This document shows positions 58,115-64,000 of a stretch of DNA of 64,000 nt, in pieces. This stretch comes from Acidimicrobiia bacterium (GTDB lineage Bacteria; Actinomycetota; Acidimicrobiia; Spongiisociales; UBA11373): the NCBI GenBank assembly GCA_040882645.1, contig JBBEAX010000085.1, forward strand, positions 148,801 to 212,800. The letters run 5' to 3'. Positions within the stretch are counted from its first letter, which is position 1, and each line of letters begins with the position of its first letter. A model generated the notes under the pieces. The model made no database searches. It was not told the DNA's origin and saw nothing but the letters and a program-made list of their open reading frames with translations. The translations under genes and the position numbers were made by a program.

Positions 58115-59371
58115 TTAGGGCTGATGCGCCGCGAACACCAGGGCGGCGTTGTGGCCGCCAAATCCGAATGAGTTGGTCATCGCATTCCGCACCGTCACCG
58201 CCCGGGCCTCATTGGGCACGTAGTCGAGATCGCACTCAGGGTCGGGGTTCTCGTAGTTGATCGTGGGTGGGACGATCCCGTCGCGAATCGAGAGAATGCA
58301 CACCAGCGACTCGAGGGCGCCAGCCCCACCGAGAAGATGGCCGGTCATCGACTTTGTCGATGACACGGGCGTCTTGTAGGCGTGATCGCCGAAGACGGCC
58401 TTGATCGCCGCAGTCTCGGTCGAGTCGTTGGCCTGAGTCGAGGTCCCGTGGGCGTTGATGTAGTCGATCGACTCGGGACCGAGCCCGGCGTCGTCGATGG
58501 CGTTCTGCATCGCCCGGGCGGCGCCACCTCCCCCGGGGCGGGGCAAGGTGACGTGATAGGCATCGGCGGACATCCCGTAGCCGACAATCTCTGCGTAGAT
58601 CTTGGCCCCTCTCGCCAGAGCGTGCTCGCGCTCCTCGAGGATCAGCGTTGCGGCCCCCTCGCCCATCACAAACCCGTCGCGCTCGGCGTCGAAGGGGCGG
58701 CTGGCCCGTTCGGGCTCGTCGTTGCGGGTGGAGAGGGCGCGGGCCTGGCTGAAGCCGGCCATGGCGAACTCGCAGATGGGTGCCTCGCCTCCCCCGGCGA
58801 CCATCACGTCGGCGGCGTTGCGCTTGATCAACTCGGCGGCGTCCCCGATGGCGTTGGCCGAAGCGGCGCAAGCGGTGACGATGCAGGTGTTGGGCCCCCG
58901 CAGGTTGAAGCGGATCGACACCAGACCGGCGGCCATGTTCGAAATTATCTGAGTGATCGCCAACGGGCTCACCCGGTCGGGGCCGCGTTGGCGCATCGTG
59001 TCGACCCCTTCCTGGAAGGAGATCATGCCCCCGATGCCAGAGCCGACGACCACCCCGGCCCGATGTGACGCCGGGTCGTCCTCCTCGTAGGCGATTCCCG
59101 CGTCCTCGATCGCCTGCTGGGTGGCAGCCCAGAAGAACTGGTCATACCGGTCGAGGCGGCGGGCCTCCTTGCGCTCGATGTACTGCTCGGGGTCGAAGTC
59201 CTTCACCTCGGCGGCGATGGTTGCCTTGTACCCGGAAGTGTCGAAAGCGGTGATCTGGCCCACCCCAGATCTGCCTTCTAGAGCGGCCTTCCAGAACGAC
59301 TCGACGTCGTGCCCGAGCGGGTTGATCGTGCCGAGGCCGGTCACCACGACCCGCCGGGTCAAGTCAGCCAC
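58115..59371 (-). CDS. fabF: 3-oxoacyl-ACP synthase II
   Basis: Active-site Cys region (IVTACAASANAIG) and His-His catalytic motifs. GTG start. Confidence 0.9.
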   Translation of the reverse strand: MADLTRRVVVTGLGTINPLGHDVESFWKAALEGRSGVGQITAFDTSGYKATIAAEVKDFDPEQYIERKEARRLDRYDQFFWAATQQAIEDAGIAYEEDDPASHRAGVVVGSGIGGMISFQEGVDTMRQRGPDRVSPLAITQIISNMAAGLVSIRFNLRGPNTCIVTACAASANAIGDAAELIKRNAADVMVAGGGEAPICEFAMAGFSQARALSTRNDEPERASRPFDAERDGFVMGEGAATLILEEREHALARGAKIYAEIVGYGMSADAYHVTLPRPGGGGAARAMQNAIDDAGLGPESIDYINAHGTSTQANDSTETAAIKAVFGDHAYKTPVSSTKSMTGHLLGGAGALESLVCILSIRDGIVPPTINYENPDPECDLDYVPNEARAVTVRNAMTNSFGFGGHNAALVFAAHQP

Positions 59372-59609
59372 CGAGCTTCTGCATCACCAGGTCGACGGCC
59401 TGCCCGACCGTGCCGATCTGTTCGGCCTCCTCATCGGGGATGCTCACCCCGAAGTTGTCCTCGAGCGCCATCAGCAACTCGACGACCCCCAACGAATCGA
59501 CTTCGAGATCCTCTTCGAACGAGGCGGACATCGCGATCTTGCCACGATCGATGCCGAGCTCGTCGACGAGCAGGTCGGTCATCTTTGCTTCGACTTCGGC
59601 CCGGTCCAT
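59364..59609 (-). CDS. acpP: Acyl carrier protein
   Basis: 81 aa, LEVDSLGVVEL phosphopantetheine-attachment Ser. Confidence 0.9.
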   Translation of the reverse strand: MDRAEVEAKMTDLLVDELGIDRGKIAMSASFEEDLEVDSLGVVELLMALEDNFGVSIPDEEAEQIGTVGQAVDLVMQKLGG

Positions 59610-59632
59610 GCTGGCTCCTTTGTTCTCAAGGC

Positions 59633-60370
59633 CTAGAACGAAAGTCCGCCATCGACCACCAGCACCTGGCCGGTGACGTAGGAGGCCTCGTCCGAGGCAA
59701 GATAGCCCACCGCCGACGCGATCTCGACAGGCGTCCCGAACCGCCCTACCGCGATGGAGGGCAGCACCGCCTCGCGCACTTCCCCGCCCAGAGCGTCGGT
59801 CATATCGGTCTCGATGAAGCCCGGGGCGACCGCGTTGACGGTGATGCCCCGAGACCCCACCTCCTTGGCGACGGACTTGGTGAACCCGATCAGCCCGGCC
59901 TTGGCGGCGGCGTAGTTCGCCTGCCCTGGGTTGCCGGCGATGCCGGCTACCGAAGCGATCGAGATGATCCGGCCCCACCGCGCCTTGAGCATCCCTCGCA
60001 ACGCCGCCTTGGTGGTCAGGAACGCCGAACTCAGGTTGGTGCGGATCACCGCGTCCCAGTCCTCGGGCTTCATCCGCAACAGGAGGTCATCCGCAGTGAT
60101 CCCGGCGTTGTTGACGAGGATCTCGACCGGGCCGAACGCCTCTTCGACCGCGCCAAACATCGCCGCGACGGCCGCAGCGTCGCCGACGTCACCCTCGACC
60201 GCCACAGCCTCCCCACCACCGGCGACGATCGCCGCGACCGCCTCGTCGGCGGCATCTCGCCGTGACCGGTAGTTGACGGCCACCCGATGGCCATCGGCTC
60301 CGAGCTTTTCGGCGATCGCCCTGCCGATGCCGCGCGACCCGCCGGTCACCAATGCAACCCGCCCCGCCAC
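59633..60370 (-). CDS. fabG: 3-oxoacyl-ACP reductase
   Basis: TGGSRGIGRAIA Rossmann motif and catalytic YAAAKAG. Confidence 0.9.
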   Translation of the reverse strand: MAGRVALVTGGSRGIGRAIAEKLGADGHRVAVNYRSRRDAADEAVAAIVAGGGEAVAVEGDVGDAAAVAAMFGAVEEAFGPVEILVNNAGITADDLLLRMKPEDWDAVIRTNLSSAFLTTKAALRGMLKARWGRIISIASVAGIAGNPGQANYAAAKAGLIGFTKSVAKEVGSRGITVNAVAPGFIETDMTDALGGEVREAVLPSIAVGRFGTPVEIASAVGYLASDEASYVTGQVLVVDGGLSF

Positions 60371-60372
60371 CC

Positions 60373-61458
60373 TCAGACGCCCTTGCCGTGAACGGCGACG
60401 TTGGGCTGCAGCAGCTCGAGGGCGGTTGCGGTGCTTGGAGGCAATTCAGCATCCGAGGTACCACGCGGCGTGGTGCGTGCACCCCACCTGTAGACGCAGG
60501 CCGCCCAGGTGAAACCCCCGCCGAACGCGGCGAACACGAGGTTGGAACCGCCCTGAATCCGCCCTTCTTCGAGCGCCTCCGTCAGGGCGATGGGAATCGT
60601 CGCCGCTGAGGTGTTCCCGTAGGAGGCAATGTTCACGTACACCCGGGCTGGGTCGAGCGACAAGCGGCGGGCGGTGGCATCGATGATCCGCACATTCGCC
60701 TGGTGAGGGATCAGCAGGTCGATGTCGCCGACCTGGAGTCCCGCCTTGGCGATCACCCGGGCGGAGGAATCGCCCATCGCCACGACTGCACGCCGGAACA
60801 CGTCCTGCCCCTCCATGAGGATCGACGGCGCCTGCGAGTCGAGGGGGTTGCCCTCGGTGCCGGTTCCGGGAACGCAGAGCAGATCACCGGCCGTGCCGTC
60901 GCTCCCCAGTTCGAAGGCCAGCAAGCCGCCTTCCTCGTCGCTTGCTTCGATCACCACGGCCCCGGCGCCGTCGCCGAACAGAACGCTGGTGGAGCGGTTG
61001 GTGAAATCGAGCCAGTAGGAGAGCTTCTCGGCACCGATCACCAGAATCCGCCGCATCGATCCCGCCCGAATCATCTGGTCGGCGGTCGACAGCCCGAAGA
61101 GGAACCCCGAGCACGCGGCGTTCAAGTCCATGGCTGCCGCCCGGGTGGCGCCGATCTTGGCCTGCACCATGGTGCCAGCGCTCGGGATCAACCGGTCGGG
61201 GCTGCAGGTCGCCATGATGATGAGATCGATGTCCGTGGGTTCGAGACCCGCCGCAGCGATTGCGTGCCGGGCGGCCACCGCCGACATGTCGGATACCTCG
61301 ACGTGGGAGATCCGGCGTTCTTTTATGCCGGTGCGGGTCGTTATCCAGTCGTCACTCGTGTCTGTCAGCGTCTCGAGGTCGCTGTTGGTGAGGACGGCGG
61401 GAGGCACACACTTTCCCCAACCCGTGATGATGGCGTTCGGCACCGTGCCCTCCTCCAA
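60373..61458 (-). CDS. fabH: 3-oxoacyl-ACP synthase III
   Basis: Cys-His-Asn triad context (ACSGFLFGL, HQANVRI, GNTSAAT). Confidence 0.9.
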   Translation of the reverse strand: MEEGTVPNAIITGWGKCVPPAVLTNSDLETLTDTSDDWITTRTGIKERRISHVEVSDMSAVAARHAIAAAGLEPTDIDLIIMATCSPDRLIPSAGTMVQAKIGATRAAAMDLNAACSGFLFGLSTADQMIRAGSMRRILVIGAEKLSYWLDFTNRSTSVLFGDGAGAVVIEASDEEGGLLAFELGSDGTAGDLLCVPGTGTEGNPLDSQAPSILMEGQDVFRRAVVAMGDSSARVIAKAGLQVGDIDLLIPHQANVRIIDATARRLSLDPARVYVNIASYGNTSAATIPIALTEALEEGRIQGGSNLVFAAFGGGFTWAACVYRWGARTTPRGTSDAELPPSTATALELLQPNVAVHGKGV

Positions 61459-61497
61459 GTCTCCGATTCATGAGGCTACGCGGATGGCCGCGCTCTG

Positions 61498-62433
61498 TCA
61501 GCCTGTGGAAGGCTGCAGAAGGTCGACCACCGCGGCGATCCCGTCCAACGATGACACCGCGATCGCGTCGGCACCCTGTACCGACCTCTTCGCCAGACCT
61601 GCGGTTACATCGCCCGGGCCGACATGCACGAACACATCCACGCCGGCCGACTCCATCGCCAGCAGGGACTCCGCAAACCGCACCGGGGCGGTGAGCTGAG
61701 CCACCAGCATCGGTCCCACGTCGTCGCCGTGGGGCTCAGCGGTCACGTTCGACCACACAGGGAACGCCGCCGGTCGGGTAATCACGGCGGCGACCGCTTG
61801 ATCCAGCTCGCGGGCTGCCGCGGCCATGAACGGTGAGTGAAATGCCCCCGCCACCTTGAGCGGGATCGCTCGCCTGACGCCGAATCGGGCCACATTCGCC
61901 TCGGCCCACTCGATGTCCTCGGCTCCCCCGGCGACGACGACCTGGCCCGGGGCGTTGAGGTTGGCCACCCACAGCCGCCCGCCCTCCTCGCGTCGCGCGC
62001 CCGCCAACGCCTCCGCCGTGGCCGGATCGGCCCCGATGAGCGCTGCCATCCCCGACTCCTCATGGTCGGCCGCCGCCGCCATCGCCTGCCCCCTCGCCGC
62101 CACGAGACGGAGACCATCGAAGAAGTCGACCACTCCGGCGGCGGCAAGGGCGGTGTACTCACCCAGGGAGTGCCCCCCGGCGGCGACGGGAGCGCCGGCG
62201 AGCCGCGTCTCCAGTTCCCTCCACAATGCGAACGCCACCGCATACAAGGCGGGCTGGGCGTGCTCGGTGCGGGTAAGCGCCTCTTCGGGGCCTTCGAGGC
62301 ACATCGCTTGCAGCGACCATCCCAGAATCTCATCGGCGGGCGGACCGAGGAGGTCGGGATGGCGCTCGAACAGGTCGGCCCCCATCCCGACGGCCTGGCT
62401 GCCCTGGCCAGGGAAGAGGACGGCGAAGTTCAC
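61498..62433 (-). CDS. fabD: Malonyl-CoA:ACP transacylase
   Basis: FPGQGSQAVGMG and GHSLGEY active-site Ser motif. Confidence 0.9.
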   Translation of the reverse strand: MNFAVLFPGQGSQAVGMGADLFERHPDLLGPPADEILGWSLQAMCLEGPEEALTRTEHAQPALYAVAFALWRELETRLAGAPVAAGGHSLGEYTALAAAGVVDFFDGLRLVAARGQAMAAAADHEESGMAALIGADPATAEALAGARREEGGRLWVANLNAPGQVVVAGGAEDIEWAEANVARFGVRRAIPLKVAGAFHSPFMAAAARELDQAVAAVITRPAAFPVWSNVTAEPHGDDVGPMLVAQLTAPVRFAESLLAMESAGVDVFVHVGPGDVTAGLAKRSVQGADAIAVSSLDGIAAVVDLLQPSTG

Positions 62434-62440
62434 GCTTGCC

Positions 62441-63124
62441 TCACTTCCAGCGCGAGGCGTGCTTCACCTCGAGGCCGCCGAGGGCGCACAGCGCCTGGAT
62501 CTCGAGACGCGGTGCGCCCGCACCGCCGAGCGCTCGTTCGGTGGTGTCGTCCCAACCACCCATCAACGGCAAACCGCGGATCTCCACTACCCAGCCACGC
62601 GGGACCATGATCACCACGCTTCCGAGGATCGCCGTCACCGAGATCTCGGCACCCTCGGCCGTGGGCAGCGCCTCGTTGAGGTCGAGCGTCAGCCCGCCGA
62701 GCACGGCCGTCAAGCTGGCGCGGCGAAAGGCCTTGGAGCGAGTCGTATGGAGTGCCGAGCCGAGAATCGCGATGCCGTCGATCTCATCGTCGTCGGCGGG
62801 ACGGCGACCGAGTCGTTTCCCCCAGCCCACCATCAGCCAGAGCCCGATCAGCACCAGGGCGGTCGGCCAGACGTAACCCCACGCGTCGTCGCCCAATAGG
62901 CCGGTGGTGACCCCGAGCAGGGCGAGTCCGATGCCGATGAGCGCGAATGCCCCACCGGCGACCCGCTTGACCGAGATGGCGTGAAACACACCAAGGGCAA
63001 CGATCGCCGCAGGCCACCACCCGGCGACGGCGTCACCCGCGTCGAGCACATCCACCGAGTCGAGAAAGAACAGGACACCGAGGGCCGCAAGCGCGCTCCC
63101 GGCAAGCAGCCTCCCGGCGTTCAC
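62441..63124 (-). CDS. Membrane protein with C-terminal LiaF/DUF2154-like domain
   Basis: Three TM helices, then [31 protein letters not shown] (LiaF C-terminal-domain-like). GTG start overlapping the upstream stop. Confidence 0.45.
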   Translation of the reverse strand: MNAGRLLAGSALAALGVLFFLDSVDVLDAGDAVAGWWPAAIVALGVFHAISVKRVAGGAFALIGIGLALLGVTTGLLGDDAWGYVWPTALVLIGLWLMVGWGKRLGRRPADDDEIDGIAILGSALHTTRSKAFRRASLTAVLGGLTLDLNEALPTAEGAEISVTAILGSVVIMVPRGWVVEIRGLPLMGGWDDTTERALGGAGAPRLEIQALCALGGLEVKHASRWK

Positions 63125-63489
63125 CGCGCCACCGCCCTGGCGGCAAGACGCAGACGACTCGGCACGAAGCGACCCGCCAGGGCGAGGGCACCGAGCAATG
63201 CGTCGAGCGCAGCCGGGGATCCGTCCCAGTGCTCCCGCACGATGTCGTCGCCGGCAGCCTCCACCAATCGGGTGAGCGCCAGCACCGCGATGGCGGCGTC
63301 GTCCACCTTGCCCAGCACCGGAATGCGGTCGGGGATCAGGTCGATCGGGAGCACCGCGTAGGCGAGGGCGAGACCCGCTCCGACCCGATGCTTGCGATCG
63401 ATTCGCTCGTCCCGCGCCAGCCGCACTACGAGCTTGGCGACGGCGGGCACCGCGGTCACCGCCTGCCGGGCGGTATCTACCCAGGTCAT
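63121..63489 (-). CDS. DUF1232/YkvA-family membrane protein
   Basis: [23 protein letters not shown] signature. Confidence 0.6.
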   Translation of the reverse strand: MTWVDTARQAVTAVPAVAKLVVRLARDERIDRKHRVGAGLALAYAVLPIDLIPDRIPVLGKVDDAAIAVLALTRLVEAAGDDIVREHWDGSPAALDALLGALALAGRFVPSRLRLAARAVAR

Positions 63490-64000
63490 ACCGGCGCTCC
63501 TGCGAGAAGGGCGGCGCCGACGATTCCGGCACGGGTGCCGAAGGTCGCCGCTACCACCGGCGTTTCCAGTCGATGACGCCGCCCGCTGAGGGACTCGTTC
63601 AACGCGGCGCGCGCCGGTTCTAGCAACGGCTCACCCATCGCGCCGACACCGCCACCAACCACTATCACATCAGGGTCGAACACGACCACCATGTTGGCCA
63701 GGCCCCGTCCAAAATGCACGGCGAACTCCTCGAACGCCGCGCCGGCCGGCCCGTCACCGGCAGATGCCGCCTCGACGAGGTGGCGTCCCGAGGGAACCGA
63801 AGCACCGGCCAGACTGGCGACCATCGAGGTCGGATCGTCCGCGGCCAGAGCCCGCGCCGCCCGATCGAGCGCAGTCCCCGACGCGAGCGCCTCCCAGCAG
63901 CCGAAGTTGCCGCACGAGCACCGGGGCCCACCGGGATCCACGATGACGTGGCCGATCTCTCCGAGAAACCCCCGGCCGTGTTCGATGCGGCCATCGACCA
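63486..64000 (-). CDS. ROK-family sugar kinase/regulator (partial, N-terminus beyond window)
   Basis: [18 protein letters not shown] zinc motif. The ORF continues past position 64000. Confidence 0.75.
   Translation of the reverse strand, partial: VDGRIEHGRGFLGEIGHVIVDPGGPRCSCGNFGCWEALASGTALDRAARALAADDPTSMVASLAGASVPSGRHLVEAASAGDGPAGAAFEEFAVHFGRGLANMVVVFDPDVIVVGGGVGAMGEPLLEPARAALNESLSGRRHRLETPVVAATFGTRAGIVGAALLAGAPV

Overview
High-GC, actinobacterium-like chromosomal window made up almost entirely of core housekeeping genes; I found no defense island, prophage or CRISPR array. The minus-strand backbone, read right to left, is: a complete dcw cell-wall/division cluster (mraZ-rsmH-ftsL-ftsI-murE-murF-mraY-murD-ftsW-murG-murC-murB-ftsQ-ftsZ), then yfiH-yggS-sepF-yggT, ileS on the + strand behind a T-box leader, then DUF167, dksA-like, lspA, rluD and dnaE. 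An E. coli-type fab operon (fabD-fabH-fabG-acpP-fabF) lies to the right of the dcw cluster, and polA (partial), tRNA-Leu, nadE, a two-component pair and nth lie at the left end. Also present are a MoxR-DUF58-transglutaminase operon and several transporters. The items that are not routine are:
(1) a four-gene + strand operon made of a fused tandem ThyX-fold protein whose two halves carry complementary degenerate catalytic motifs, a 73-aa protein, and two ArsA/Get3-like ATPases, the first with a degenerate Walker A;
(2) IleS carrying a C-terminal Lys/Pro-rich linker plus a DUF2188-like domain;
(3) a G15-C20 homopolymer palindrome followed by a (ACCAGTC)x4 heptamer tandem in the dnaE divergent promoter region, which is either an assembly artefact or a very unusual regulatory tract;
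(4) at least three families of intergenic palindromic or direct repeats;
(5) a catalytic-domain-only serine-recombinase-like gene beside an HNH endonuclease, flanked by tandem repeats;
(6) a 93-nt structured element upstream of a membrane-protein gene;
(7) a LacD/DUF2090-type aldolase-like gene co-transcribed with pfk.
Every call rests on reading the six-frame translations for motifs and on synteny logic. No searches were run.
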